From assembly GCA_002811645.1 (NCBI GenBank), contig PDIP01000027.1:65216-129215 (forward strand): a stretch of DNA of 64,000 nucleotides, given 5' to 3'. Position numbers and translations under genes: made by a program. This stretch comes from Corallochytrium limacisporum Hawaii. Lineage: Eukaryota; Protista; Pluriformea. A model generated the notes under the pieces. It did not search any database and was not told the origin of the DNA. It worked only from the letters and a program-made list of their open reading frames with translations. This document shows, piece after piece, positions 1-10,374 of this stretch; position 1 is the stretch's first letter, and every line of letters begins with the position of its first letter.

Positions 1-526
1 ACAGCTGATTAGTTGCCAGGCTTGGCGCACCGAACTGTGTGTACACCGCAGAGACAGACAAGGAACGGGTTGGTCTGAAGGCTTCGGGCAGCTCTCCTTG
101 GGTTCTTCTTTCTTTTTCATTGTCCTTGCTCGTTCTTTGAGTTTGGGGTCAAAAATAGAAAAACGGATAGGCTCTGAGCCTTCGCAATAGTAATATAGTG
201 CTACCCGCCCCCCTCTGCCGGAGGGCCGGGCCAGGAGGGCCGGGCCCGGAGGGAGATGGGAATTGGACCGGTTGGAAGAACCGAGGAAGTATACGACGAG
301 TTGGAGAGTCCCCTGAAGTGTGATGGAGAACCGGTACCGCCTTTGCCGGCGCGATCGCCTTCGTGAGTTGGTTGGGGAGAAGGAGAGTATTCAGAGCGAT
401 GACGACCATGTCATGTTACGCTGGAGCGTAAGGCTGTGCAAAACAGGGTTCTTGCTCATGCTTTGGCAATCTACTCTGCCACAATACGTTTATTGATTAT
501 CTATGTTTTGGATATGCGGTTAGCTT

Positions 527-1222
527 TTACAATGCCTCGGCATTCGCGAGCTGAGTTAGTCTGCTATCCTCTTGCGCTTGCAGTGTCTGAGCTACAATGC
601 GGTCCATCTGACGATCCCGCGTAAACTCTCGGATGGCCTTATGGCAAACGGGACATTTAAAAGCCGATTTCTTCGAACGCCTGGACTGGCTCTTGCGGAT
701 CTCTTCGATTGAGGCGCGGCTGAAGACATGCCCACACTCTCCTCGCATCGGGCTCTTGAGCACACTCTGTGAAATGGGGCATTTGATGCTGACTTGGGCA
801 TCTACTACTGCCAGATCTTCGTCACCATCGTCAGCAGCATTGACGTTCTGATTGCCCCGCTCCTGAGCCCTGCGTTTGAACTCCTTCACAACTGGGTGGC
901 GCTTGGTATTCTGTGGCAGGCGTTCTCGGCGGTTGTTGTATTCCTTCTTGTAAATCTTGGCTGCATCCACCGTACCTTCATCATCTTCATGTCCAGCCGC
1001 CTGGGTCATGGCTTTACTGTACGCTTCTTCCATATCCTCCATACGCTGCAATAGGCTGGCGATCTTTAGCACCTGGCCATCGATTCTCTCGTACTGTTCT
1101 CGCGAATCCACTGCATCAACTGTGTCATTAAGAGTAGATGCCAGAGCTTTCAAGCGCTGACCAGGTCCATTTACTTGTTGGAACAGCTCGCGAAATGCGC
1201 TATTATCGGCTGTTGCTGCCAT
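527..1222 (-). CDS. NSMCE2: SUMO E3 ligase NSE2/MMS21 (Smc5/6 subunit)
   Basis: 231 aa; N-terminal coiled coil plus SP-RING (KCPISQ...CGHVFSRASI...CPVC). Confidence 0.85.
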   Translation of the reverse strand: MAATADNSAFRELFQQVNGPGQRLKALASTLNDTVDAVDSREQYERIDGQVLKIASLLQRMEDMEEAYSKAMTQAAGHEDDEGTVDAAKIYKKEYNNRRERLPQNTKRHPVVKEFKRRAQERGNQNVNAADDGDEDLAVVDAQVSIKCPISQSVLKSPMRGECGHVFSRASIEEIRKSQSRRSKKSAFKCPVCHKAIREFTRDRQMDRIVAQTLQAQEDSRLTQLANAEAL

Positions 1223-1230
1223 GATTTCAT

Positions 1231-1391
1231 CTAAAGCCAGTTTCGATATGTGCGTGTCTCCCTTCCCGTTTTATATTTGTTTTCGGGTTCTGAACCCCAT
1301 ACACACCATCGATGTAAGAATTTTCATTTCATATACAATGTTGTTTGCTATGAGACTTCTATCTTTGTCGTAGCCCTTTGTCATCGTATAC
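1231..1391 (-). other. predicted 5'UTR intron of NSE2
   Basis: AAAG|GTATAC donor at 1391; CTTTAG| acceptor at 1231, 8 nt before the ATG. Confidence 0.55.
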
Positions 1392-1579
1392 CTTTGGAAC
1401 CGCTTCAGGCGTTTGCCACGTCAGGTTTCTCATTGTTGCTACCGCGAATCCTATGCAGAGGGAAGTGGTCCCGTAGAGGTGGGGAGGCCGTGTACGGGAA
1501 CCCGGGAGGGTTTTGGCGCCAAGCTTTTGCGGGAGCTCTGAGACCAAGATACCCCGGAGGGGGAACTTGGACTTTAAAG
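1392..1579. promoter_or_regulatory. bidirectional promoter and first exons of NSE2/HAUS8-like
   Basis: 188-bp GC-richer core between divergent genes, bounded by outward-facing AAAG|GTATAC donors. Confidence 0.55.
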
Positions 1580-1680
1580 GTATACAAGGGCTTGGATACT
1601 TGTGCGAACAAGAGCACAGCGCCGTACACCACAAAGGTTAATCAAACCTCACAGAAACTTTGAGAACCTTCCCTTCCCAG
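1580..1680 (+). other. predicted 5'UTR intron of HAUS8-like gene
   Basis: AAAG|GTATAC donor at 1580; pyrimidine tract CCTTCCCTTCCCAG| at 1680 with tandem TAG. Confidence 0.6.
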
Positions 1681-1708
1681 TAGAGCAGATGTTTACAAGA
1701 GTTAAAGG

Positions 1709-3184
1709 ATGAACACAGATAGGGGAAGGTCCCGAACACGGGCAGAAGATCCGATGACCGCCGCGCGGGAGCGGTCGGCCTCGGCAACAAAACGGAAAAA
1801 GAAGCCTCCGCGCGTTGTGCAATCACGGTACATGCTCTCGGCGGCCCCAAAGAAAACATCGGGAACGCCCCTGCCCCATGCAGGCTCAGATCAGCAGAGA
1901 CCCACCTTCCGTAAATTTGTTGGAACCAGCAACATCAACAAACCTTCTGTGGGCAGTGCCTCTCGGCAGCGCCCTTCCGTGCCGAACGCCAACGATGCTT
2001 CCATTCGTCGCCGGATCAATCAGCTGGGTAAAGCCTCTGCGGCACCGACTCCACTAAGTAAAGGACCGAGCAATATGTACACCACTCCGATTGCAGCCAC
2101 GAAAACTACTCGGGTCGTCAAGAACCACATCGAAAGACCTTCTGCAAAGGGGAACAGCGGTACCGCAACCGACACGGCCGTCGCAGAGCCCTCTTCATCA
2201 GCCTACCGTACAAGTCGTAGTTTTATCACCCCGGGACGTTTTGATAAGAGGTCTTCGGTAACATCATCCGCACAACGATCTAGATCGTCCAGCAAGACCA
2301 GGGTCCCTGCGGTAGCTCAGAAAACATCCGCAAAGAAGGAGACATTCGTAAGCCGCCGGCAAGCCCCCTCCTCTTCACTTCAGAAGAAGAAGACCTCAGT
2401 CAAGAGCTCAGTCTCCTCTTCTGGACTCAAGCCAAAGCGGGGACCCCTGCTGACTACTGCGGACAATACACCCGAAACTGGCGTGTCCACCGCCCCTGAA
2501 AATGACGCGAAGCACAAGGCAAAAGCCACGGACCCACTCAGCCGTATGGAAGCGATGCCTGGACCTCTTGCAGCTCTGGTGGCGCAGGCGGACTTGGCAC
2601 AGGCGCTGTACCTCAAAGTTTTTGCTCAGCACCAAGTCAACTCAGAGCGCAAGGCTGCACGAGAGCAAATTGCCGCTCTCTATGCCACCACCGCACGAAC
2701 TATGCGTGATGTTACTGTGCTCAAATGTGAGACCGTTCAACAGGCTCTGGATGAGTCTCAACAGGCCGCCATGGATCGACAGGAGGAACTGCTTGCTGTC
2801 AGCATGGACCTGGTCAAAAAGGCCCAAGAATGTGTGGAGATTATCACCCGCGCACTGGACTCGGCGACCCATCGCATGGTCACACATGGGATCAAAGTGG
2901 ACAACTTGCTGGAGGTGGAAGGTGCTGTTCGTGAGGCTCTTGACGGCGTGCAGCACCTGTACACACCTGCGATGCAGGCCCTCAACAACTCTCTAGTACC
3001 GGCATCAAAGCACATGAATGACTTGGTGGCCGGTGTGGAACGTGCGACGCGTGAGATCAATCGTTTACACCGTCTCACCGATGCGGCAAACTACTGGTCG
3101 ACGTACGATGAGAGTCTGAGATTGTTTGGGGACGCTGAGAAGGCTGTTGGCTCTACCAGAGCCACGTCGTCCTCAGCGGCATAA
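1709..3184 (+). CDS. HAUS8/Hice1-like augmin subunit (basic S/T/K-rich N-terminus, C-terminal coiled coil)
   Basis: 491 aa; RVVQSRYM resembles the HAUS8 RVIESRYL motif; disordered basic half followed by a helical coiled coil. Confidence 0.6.
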   Translation: MNTDRGRSRTRAEDPMTAARERSASATKRKKKPPRVVQSRYMLSAAPKKTSGTPLPHAGSDQQRPTFRKFVGTSNINKPSVGSASRQRPSVPNANDASIRRRINQLGKASAAPTPLSKGPSNMYTTPIAATKTTRVVKNHIERPSAKGNSGTATDTAVAEPSSSAYRTSRSFITPGRFDKRSSVTSSAQRSRSSSKTRVPAVAQKTSAKKETFVSRRQAPSSSLQKKKTSVKSSVSSSGLKPKRGPLLTTADNTPETGVSTAPENDAKHKAKATDPLSRMEAMPGPLAALVAQADLAQALYLKVFAQHQVNSERKAAREQIAALYATTARTMRDVTVLKCETVQQALDESQQAAMDRQEELLAVSMDLVKKAQECVEIITRALDSATHRMVTHGIKVDNLLEVEGAVREALDGVQHLYTPAMQALNNSLVPASKHMNDLVAGVERATREINRLHRLTDAANYWSTYDESLRLFGDAEKAVGSTRATSSSAA

Positions 3185-3252
3185 CGCTTTACCTTACATT
3201 ACATATACACCGTTGTAAATAGTAGTCTCGTTTACATGTCTCATGCATTTTA

Positions 3253-4308
3253 CTACCCTAAGTTGTGGAGACTTGACATTGCATCCAACCATTCAAGATG
3301 TTCGTGAGCCCAATGTGAGCAATTCTGGGCCTGGAGGTGATTGGTTGTGAGGTCTTTTCTGTCCATATCTAGGAGATGTGCCATTCCGTGCTCGATAGTA
3401 TCGTGAATCAGATCTTTGCGATGACCCCAGTAAACGATAGATGTGCTCCATTGTCGGCACTGAATGTGACAATGGCCCAGACTGGCCACAAGAAACTCCT
3501 CTTCAAACACTCCGTTATTCTTCAGCAGCATCAGCGCCTTACAGACACGATACCGATGGTCAATGGCACATATATCTAAAGGTTCCTTCGCAAGGAATTC
3601 CTGAGTATGCATAGCTTCCTGCGCCATTTGAAATTGCACTTCCATAGAATCAATGACACCTTGATTGCTATGGTACCAATTCAGCCAGTCCTCGGTCAAA
3701 CTCCATCTGTATTCCCAGGAATAGTAGTTCTTAGTGTGGCATGTCGAGCGGTGCAAATGGATCGGCCAAGATTTGCTCAACCATGATTGTGTTAAAATCT
3801 TGGACTGTTCTTTTTGGTCCCAGGAGAGCTGATTGCACACTGTGTGGTCAAACACAGCAAGCATGCTCTGTCGCCAGTGCCACATCAGCTCCTCGCACTT
3901 GGCATGCTTGCGGGACAAAAATTCAACGAGATCAAGCTCTCTTTGCAGTGCCGATAAGGTTAAGTTGTCGCAGAGGATACGATGACGCGTAGACCAGGCT
4001 TCATCATCTTCTGAATTTATCATCAGCAATACTATGGACGCCGGGTCAGCTGTGAGTCCCTGAGACCCTATCCTTAGCCGACCCAGTGCATACTGCCCTA
4101 GCTGAGCGATAGACGAGTAGGGCACGCCAATCACTACTTCTCTTCGATCTTTTGGTACGTCCTCACCTTCATTAATGACATCAACAACCACTGCATCTCC
4201 ATGACAAAAGTCGAACTCTATCCGCTCTAGATCATACTGTGCGAGCAGTCTGACTACCACTGCGTAGGTCTCTGAGCCCGACAAGACTGGAGTTTGATCT
4301 ACTGGCAT
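3253..4308 (-). CDS. PTAR1: protein prenyltransferase alpha-subunit repeat protein (PTAR1-like)
   Basis: 351 aa; PPTA-like repeats (LLMINSEDDEAWSTR, KCEELMWHWR, KNYYSWEYR). Confidence 0.7.
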   Translation of the reverse strand: MPVDQTPVLSGSETYAVVVRLLAQYDLERIEFDFCHGDAVVVDVINEGEDVPKDRREVVIGVPYSSIAQLGQYALGRLRIGSQGLTADPASIVLLMINSEDDEAWSTRHRILCDNLTLSALQRELDLVEFLSRKHAKCEELMWHWRQSMLAVFDHTVCNQLSWDQKEQSKILTQSWLSKSWPIHLHRSTCHTKNYYSWEYRWSLTEDWLNWYHSNQGVIDSMEVQFQMAQEAMHTQEFLAKEPLDICAIDHRYRVCKALMLLKNNGVFEEEFLVASLGHCHIQCRQWSTSIVYWGHRKDLIHDTIEHGMAHLLDMDRKDLTTNHLQAQNCSHWAHEHLEWLDAMSSLHNLG

Positions 4309-4329
4309 TTCCTCATCTTTCAGCCAAAC

Positions 4330-4432
4330 CTAAAGACCCCGATCATCTAAATTCTCTTTATTATTTGCAGCACTGCGTTACCAGAGCAAGCCATCGAAGT
4401 ACCTGATAGACCCGTGAACAGCGAAGCCTTAC
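4330..4432 (-). other. predicted 5'UTR intron of PTAR1
   Basis: donor TTG|GTAAGG at 4432 (alternative CAG|GTACTT at 4402); acceptor TCTTTAG| at 4330. Confidence 0.45.
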
Positions 4433-4709
4433 CAAGCCAATCTTCGAAGCGGGAATGCAATCCCTCCCCCCTCCTTCCAACACTCCTCACCCGGGTCCGC
4501 ACCAGAAGGGCTACTTGGGGCAGCCTTGTGGGGTTCAAAACAAAATAATTGAGTTGAATGGATGGTGTGTCTCGTTTCGTCCTCGTTCTAACAGCCAAGT
4601 GAAATTAGTGGAAAGCGATCACGGCTAAGACTGAATCAGAGTCTACCTAAACGTACGAAAGTCACAAACTAAATTCATGCGGTAGCAACCAAAACAATAA
4701 GAAGGAAAA

Positions 4710-5417
4710 ATGTCTTCGGGCACATTGCAGTTGATACAACATCGCTCGGCATGGGGAGCCATGTCTTGGGACCCTCTATGTCTCGCAGTACAGACGTTTT
4801 TGCGATTCAATGGCCTAAAGTTCTATGTGAACTCTTGCGGAAATAATTTGATCTCGCCAAAAGATATTTTGCCTCTACTTCGGGACAGTGGGCAACAGAT
4901 TGCAGGCTTTGAGGACATAGTCGACCATATTTATAACACAGGTCGGAATAAATATGGCTTTGATGGCAGCGAACGGCGCCGGGCCACTCTAATCATTGCC
5001 ATGGTCAAGGATGCTCTACGAATTCCCCTCTTGGATGCCCTCTGGGGTGACCGTAAGGATTTTGAGACATGCGTGCTGCCGCTGTATGAGAAGATGCATC
5101 CTTGGCCATTGAGCCGTCTCCTTGCGGAGCGTGACCGAGCGGACACTCTGACACTGATGTATGAAGGTCGGAAACACCTGGATCGCGACGCAATCGTAAG
5201 GAAACTTGAGAATGTCCTTTCACTGCTGTCAGATATGCTGCAGGGAAAGAAGTTCGTGCTCGGTGGATCGGCGCCTTCGGAAGCAGATGCCATAATCTTC
5301 GCGTATCTGTTCTTGCTCAAAAGCTGTCCTTCAACACAGTTGCTCTGGCGTAGACGTCTGGAGAAGCATAGTACGCTCGAGGGGTACTGCGAACGGATAC
5401 GCATGGACTACTTCTGA
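4710..5417 (+). CDS. metaxin (SAM complex, GST-like fold)
   Basis: 235 aa; WGAMSWDPLCLAVQTFLRF N-terminal motif; C-terminal LSDMLQGKKFVLGGSAPSEADAIIFAYL. Confidence 0.85.
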   Translation: MSSGTLQLIQHRSAWGAMSWDPLCLAVQTFLRFNGLKFYVNSCGNNLISPKDILPLLRDSGQQIAGFEDIVDHIYNTGRNKYGFDGSERRRATLIIAMVKDALRIPLLDALWGDRKDFETCVLPLYEKMHPWPLSRLLAERDRADTLTLMYEGRKHLDRDAIVRKLENVLSLLSDMLQGKKFVLGGSAPSEADAIIFAYLFLLKSCPSTQLLWRRRLEKHSTLEGYCERIRMDYF

Positions 5418-5566
5418 AGTGCTTCGGCCCGTGGTCATTTTCACAGAAGTACTCTTGCGACACTGTAAATTAAATACCTAAAGTAGTAGTCAAGTCTATT
5501 GAAGCATGGTATGTTGTGCTCAGATCTATCATATACAGGTTTTCTTTAATGAGTAAGCTCGCAACT

Positions 5567-5866
5567 CTAATTTTTAGTCACCTTCCAAATGCTCCAATTG
5601 CTATCCCATTTAGTGCGCCGGTTGTCCTGGCGCTTGAAGTAAGGCCGCTCAATCATCCATGACCGAATATGCATCTCTGGGTTTCTGGCGTGCAGAGTTT
5701 TCTCTTCGGCCATGGTCAGGTACGGAGTTTCGATCAGTTTCAGGACGTTGTTGATGCGTGCCTGCTTGGCCATTTCATTGATCTTGCGTGTCCGCGTGTA
5801 CTTGCGCTGGCGAGCACCCTTGCCGAACCATTGCATACCAGAATACAGTACCCTTGTGAAGAACAT
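5567..5866 (-). CDS. MRPL57: mitochondrial ribosomal protein mL63 (MRPL57/MRP63)
   Basis: 99 aa basic protein; GMQWFGK..R, PYLTMAEE and terminal KVTK match the mL63 family. Confidence 0.75.
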   Translation of the reverse strand: MFFTRVLYSGMQWFGKGARQRKYTRTRKINEMAKQARINNVLKLIETPYLTMAEEKTLHARNPEMHIRSWMIERPYFKRQDNRRTKWDSNWSIWKVTKN

Positions 5867-5958
5867 GATTTCTATTCTCAGTTTTCCCGTGTCAATGTAG
5901 TATATCAGATCCAGTACGATGCACGTGGGCGTCCCCTATAAACTAGTTGCGGTCCACC

Positions 5959-6137
5959 CTATATAACAAACCTGCCGTCAACTATCCGACCATGCTAACC
6001 AGTATTTATGCTCGGTCAGCTACACAATAGAAAATACAGCAAGATCTGGTACAAGTTAAAATATCTACAGTACAAGTCAGGGTCCTCAAGTGCTCCCGGT
6101 CCAGCCTTCCACGCCCTGACCCCGTGGTCTCAAGTAC
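5959..6137 (-). other. predicted 5'UTR intron of MRPL57
   Basis: GAG|GTACTT donor at 6137; acceptor TTTGTTATATAG| at 5959 (alternatives 5936, 5872). Confidence 0.45.
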
Positions 6138-6458
6138 CTCTCCCCCACCTCGCTTCCCCTCGCTTTCCCAACTGACGCAGCCCACACCTCAAGAAGCACG
6201 GGTTACTGGGTTCTCATAGCGGGAGCACTACCGCACCCCTTCCTTCCAGCGGCGCCTATACTTTCACTACCGAAGACCGGAATAAAACAGAGTGACCACC
6301 CCGCAAACCCCCTTGCGGATGAGAGAGTGGCTTTTTCTCCCCGTCCTCCAGGTCACCGCCCCCGCCCCCCTTTTACACCGCGCCGGGAGACGGGTGGGGA
6401 GACAAGGGGCAACAAGGAAACAGGTAAAGCAAAAAAAGGCGAAACAAACGAACAACCT

Positions 6459-6480
6459 CCCCCCCCCCCCCGGGGGGGGG
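6459..6480. repeat. C13-G9 homopolymer palindrome in the MRPL57/XPO6 divergent promoter
   Basis: directly visible run of 13 C followed by 9 G. Confidence 0.8.
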
Positions 6481-6614
6481 CGCTTACTCAACGGTCTCAA
6501 GAGCTCCCCCAGTCCTCCTCCAATTGGTTGGGACGCTCGGCCGCGCCTGGAACCATCGTTCCCGTAGTGTGCAGAGTTTTGAGCTGGTGTTCATCATGCC
6601 ATTGATGGAATACG

Positions 6615-6820
6615 GTAGGTATATCAAGCATATCATCACTAGCAACATGATGATAAGGATGAAGGCATCAGATCATTCAGAGAGTATATCTCAGGGGGCT
6701 CCAGTGAACAAAGCGAACACAACAATAGGGATGACCAGACCGTTAGGACGATCAAGGCGTAGGGTAGATTTCATGACGATGTAACATATGGACACCGTTA
6801 GCGTTTGACTTCTGTATCAG
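6615..6820 (+). other. predicted leader intron of XPO6
   Basis: ACG|GTAGGT donor; TTGAC branch-like element plus TTCTGTATCAG| with tandem TAG/CAG; splicing removes several upstream ATGs. Confidence 0.6.
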
Positions 6821-6834
6821 TAGCAGACAGAGTC

Positions 6835-9800
6835 ATGTCTAACCAGAACGAACCCTATGCGACTCAACTGCAGGGCCTGATGCAGGTTCTGTCGGAGTTC
6901 TACGATCCATCATCGTCGCCGAGTCGGAAACGAGAGCTTGAAGCTAATCTTGAAGCATTTCGACACGTGCCAGATGCCTGGTCTCAGTGTCTGTATTTCC
7001 TGCAAAACACGTCAAATCCAAATGTTTTGTGGTATAGTGCTAGTGTGCTTGAGTATGTCGCAGCCCAGCGGTGGTCCGCTCTCTCTACCGATAACAAGAC
7101 ACAGATCAGATCGTTCCTGTTTCCGTGGCTGGTCAACCATGGAGGGACCATTCCGGCTTTTGCACAGAACAAAATCATGAAAGCTCTAGTGAGCATTGCG
7201 AAGAATGACTGGCCCTGGGACTATCCAGACTTCTACAAAAACATCATGGAGTTGATGGACGATCCTAGGACAGTGCCTTTGGCTCTTCAGCTCATTCGCA
7301 TGGTAAGTGAAGAGTTTACTAGTAGCAATCAAGACGTCTCTGCTGCCCGCAATGCAGAATTGAAGAAATTGTTACTCAAAGAGATGCCCCAGACCCTCTT
7401 GCAAATCCAGAAGATCCTGCACAGTCGATACCTGCCAACGGTTGAAACCAACGACAACAGTCCACTGAAAATGAAAGGCAGCGGCCAAAGGCCCAGCGGT
7501 GAATTTGCGGGAAACGTGTCTCATCTCTCACCGAACATGTTGTTAGTCGGCGGAGGGGATCCAAGCAGTTATGCGGGCAGTCAGAGTAGCCGCGGTGCCA
7601 TGATACACGGACAGAAAGGCACAGATTTAGACGGCGTGGCCCTGTCGAACGGCTCTCCGGGAGGAATCCTGCAATCACAATCCCCAGTCTCTGCTGGTAT
7701 GTTGGGCCGGTATTTGGATTCTCAAGTGTCAGGTATTGTGGAAACAACCTTCAATTTCACAGAAGAGGATCTGCACAAAGTGCAGAAGCTGGCACTGGAG
7801 TGCCTTATTCAAATTGTCAGCTGGATTCCACCCGTTGAATATATCGACGCCAGCCTTCTGCAAACCATCTTCAGCTATGCGCAGCTTCATGGTGAGAATA
7901 CGGCATCTTTCGGTGTGCTCGGGCTCACCTGTATCAATGAGATTCTCAGCATGAACTTCATTCCTCCAAACTTCCATGAATTCCTGATCGAAATCTTCAA
8001 GCAATGCTATTTGTTGCTAAAGAATTTGACGTCTGCTGAGAACAGTCTGAGTTCTCTAGATGACACGTACTTGGAGAGGTGCACTGATTTTTTGCAGCTG
8101 TTTGTGTCCAAAGACTTGCGCCGGGTTGAGGGAAATGAGAACTTCCCGACGTTGGAACTCCTGGAGTTGTTGTTCCGCTACACCTTGCGTCAGCCAAACG
8201 ATGATCAATATGTAAGGTGTTTGGATATATGGTGTGACTTCATCGACTACATCCACGCACGCACGGCGGAGACGGGCTCGGACGCCATCGTCCAGAAGTA
8301 TGCCCCGGGATTGGAATCCTTGCAGATTGAATTGTTGAACAATATTATGTTTACTGTCTCTGGGCCCAAAAACACTGACGATGAAGACGAAGCGGGTGAA
8401 GATAGCGATCGTTCCGAGGGTGAGGTGTTTCAAGCCATGGGTAACAGTGATTGGAAACAGTACTTAAGATCCTCTGTGGAAGTGATTGGACGCATATCAG
8501 AGCTTTTGCCCACAACTGTGGCCAGAAACTTGCTTCCCGTGTACATGCGGTTGACCCAAACATACGTAGACATCTTTCAGTGTCAAACCAATGGCAATTC
8601 CCCAAGCAAGGTTGAAGGCGTTGACAATGTCGAGTATCTCGTTCGTGACACGTCCACCATTATGCAACTCTTCACACGACTCGCTGGTCTGTACTGCAAC
8701 ACCCAACGAATCGGAGTGGGACGACAGATTGTCGGCAAAGCACTTGACGTGGGATACTGTACGTACCTTCGGACAGAAATGCTGCAAACCTTTACAATTC
8801 GTAAAGTGCACGTACAAATGTCAATGCTCCTCCAGAGCTACTGTGAATGGCTTGCAAACTATGTAGCTCTCGCCCTAGCCGGAGATCAGAGTGTGCTCAT
8901 GTTCTTTGCGGAAGCTGGTGGTGATCCCGGACAAGCAGCACGGGAAGATTGCCACCAACTTGTGGAGCACATTTTACAAATGTCCCTGCAGATGTTCAGC
9001 TCAGGACTAGACAACGCAACCAGACAGCTGCTTCTGGCGGCATCCCAGTCCTTGCTCTCAGTGACCCGACTCACCCGACCTCCGTTCCTCTTAGGCACCT
9101 CACTGTTAACATCAATGATGCAGCAGACTTACTCATTGTGGACCTCAAGTCAGGACCCGCGTTTGACTATTGAAGTGCGGCTGTTGCACTTCCGGGCGAC
9201 GACATCCGTATTCCTCTTGCCATGGCATGGCAAATCGCAGAATGAGCAAGAATGGCCCAAACGCAGTGAGCAGTTCAGTGAATTTATTTCGCCGCTGAAG
9301 TTGCAGATCATTGAGACGGTTGGTGACAGGGCTGGACACGTTCAGCGTAAGCAATTGATTGTTCACAAAATCGAGCTGCTCAAGATCCTGTGTGAGGCTG
9401 TGAATGGCGAACCAAAGCCCGCCAAGGACATCCTCATGGAGCATCTAATTCGACCAATGATGCCACACATCTACAACTTGTTGAAGGCATCTGCATTGGA
9501 TTTGACGGTACTGCCGGCGATCATGGATCTACTACTCCACCTCTTCAAGGTTCTGTCCAGGCAGCTCGGTGCTGAGGGCACAGGACCAATCATAGAGCTG
9601 TTCTTGGAGGTGCTCAACAGTGATACCATTGCCCAGTTGCTGAAGCAGCCCAATCAAGCGCAGAAAATTGGTTTAATTATGGTGGACTTTCTGCAGCTGC
9701 TACGTTTCATTGTGCAGGATAAGAGTGCCATGTTCCGACCATTTACCGCAAAGGTTGTCAACTTGGCAATCTACGATTTGGGCCCACTAATCGCTCAAAT

Positions 9801-10374
9801 GCCGCACGAGGTCGAAGAGTGCTACTTCTCCCTTCTCAAAGACATTGTTACCTGCAATCCGAAGATGATTCCGCGTACCCCCGAAGAAGTAGAAGGTCGC
9901 CTGGGACCCAATCGCCAGCCGCAGGAGGGTGACGGCAAGCTGCTGGCAGGCATCATTGAGGGACTGGCGTCCAAGTTGAAGCAACAGGACATTATCCTTT
10001 TCAAGCAGGCAATTCAGCATCTGGAAGAGATTGACGAAAGATGCCAGCTCTTCACCTGTCAGTTTTTCCGCCGTAATATGACCAATGAGTTGGTTCAGAT
10101 TCTGTTGCGATCCTTATTAGACGGAAGTCACGACCTGCTCAGTGACGAGATTTGTTCGCTGCTCTACCGACTGGCCAGTGCCGACTGGCCGTCGTTCTTC
10201 CAACTCTACCTTGTCGAGTTCCTGCGGGCCACCCCGAACGTAGACAATTCCATCAAGGAGGGCCTATTGGCAAAGTTCAAGCAGGATCGGGACCACCCCT
10301 CGTTCGTTGCAAACACCATGGAGCTCATGAACGACCTCAAGTTCGTCAACGCCCAGAACGATGTGCGATTCTGA
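6835..10374 (+). CDS. XPO6: exportin-6
   Basis: 1179 aa HEAT/IBN_N protein; EFY...RKRELEANL...AWSQCLYFL, DWPWDYPDFY, and C-terminal SHDLLSDEI...DHPSFVAN typical of XPO6. Confidence 0.9.
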   Translation: MSNQNEPYATQLQGLMQVLSEFYDPSSSPSRKRELEANLEAFRHVPDAWSQCLYFLQNTSNPNVLWYSASVLEYVAAQRWSALSTDNKTQIRSFLFPWLVNHGGTIPAFAQNKIMKALVSIAKNDWPWDYPDFYKNIMELMDDPRTVPLALQLIRMVSEEFTSSNQDVSAARNAELKKLLLKEMPQTLLQIQKILHSRYLPTVETNDNSPLKMKGSGQRPSGEFAGNVSHLSPNMLLVGGGDPSSYAGSQSSRGAMIHGQKGTDLDGVALSNGSPGGILQSQSPVSAGMLGRYLDSQVSGIVETTFNFTEEDLHKVQKLALECLIQIVSWIPPVEYIDASLLQTIFSYAQLHGENTASFGVLGLTCINEILSMNFIPPNFHEFLIEIFKQCYLLLKNLTSAENSLSSLDDTYLERCTDFLQLFVSKDLRRVEGNENFPTLELLELLFRYTLRQPNDDQYVRCLDIWCDFIDYIHARTAETGSDAIVQKYAPGLESLQIELLNNIMFTVSGPKNTDDEDEAGEDSDRSEGEVFQAMGNSDWKQYLRSSVEVIGRISELLPTTVARNLLPVYMRLTQTYVDIFQCQTNGNSPSKVEGVDNVEYLVRDTSTIMQLFTRLAGLYCNTQRIGVGRQIVGKALDVGYCTYLRTEMLQTFTIRKVHVQMSMLLQSYCEWLANYVALALAGDQSVLMFFAEAGGDPGQAAREDCHQLVEHILQMSLQMFSSGLDNATRQLLLAASQSLLSVTRLTRPPFLLGTSLLTSMMQQTYSLWTSSQDPRLTIEVRLLHFRATTSVFLLPWHGKSQNEQEWPKRSEQFSEFISPLKLQIIETVGDRAGHVQRKQLIVHKIELLKILCEAVNGEPKPAKDILMEHLIRPMMPHIYNLLKASALDLTVLPAIMDLLLHLFKVLSRQLGAEGTGPIIELFLEVLNSDTIAQLLKQPNQAQKIGLIMVDFLQLLRFIVQDKSAMFRPFTAKVVNLAIYDLGPLIAQMPHEVEECYFSLLKDIVTCNPKMIPRTPEEVEGRLGPNRQPQEGDGKLLAGIIEGLASKLKQQDIILFKQAIQHLEEIDERCQLFTCQFFRRNMTNELVQILLRSLLDGSHDLLSDEICSLLYRLASADWPSFFQLYLVEFLRATPNVDNSIKEGLLAKFKQDRDHPSFVANTMELMNDLKFVNAQNDVRF

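Noticed and set aside
6647-6810. C/D snoRNA candidates in leader introns (ATGATGA at 6647; similar in the GDH leader and at 21457)
   Set aside because: No properly spaced pair of canonical C and D boxes with a terminal stem, and no rRNA guide that I could recognise
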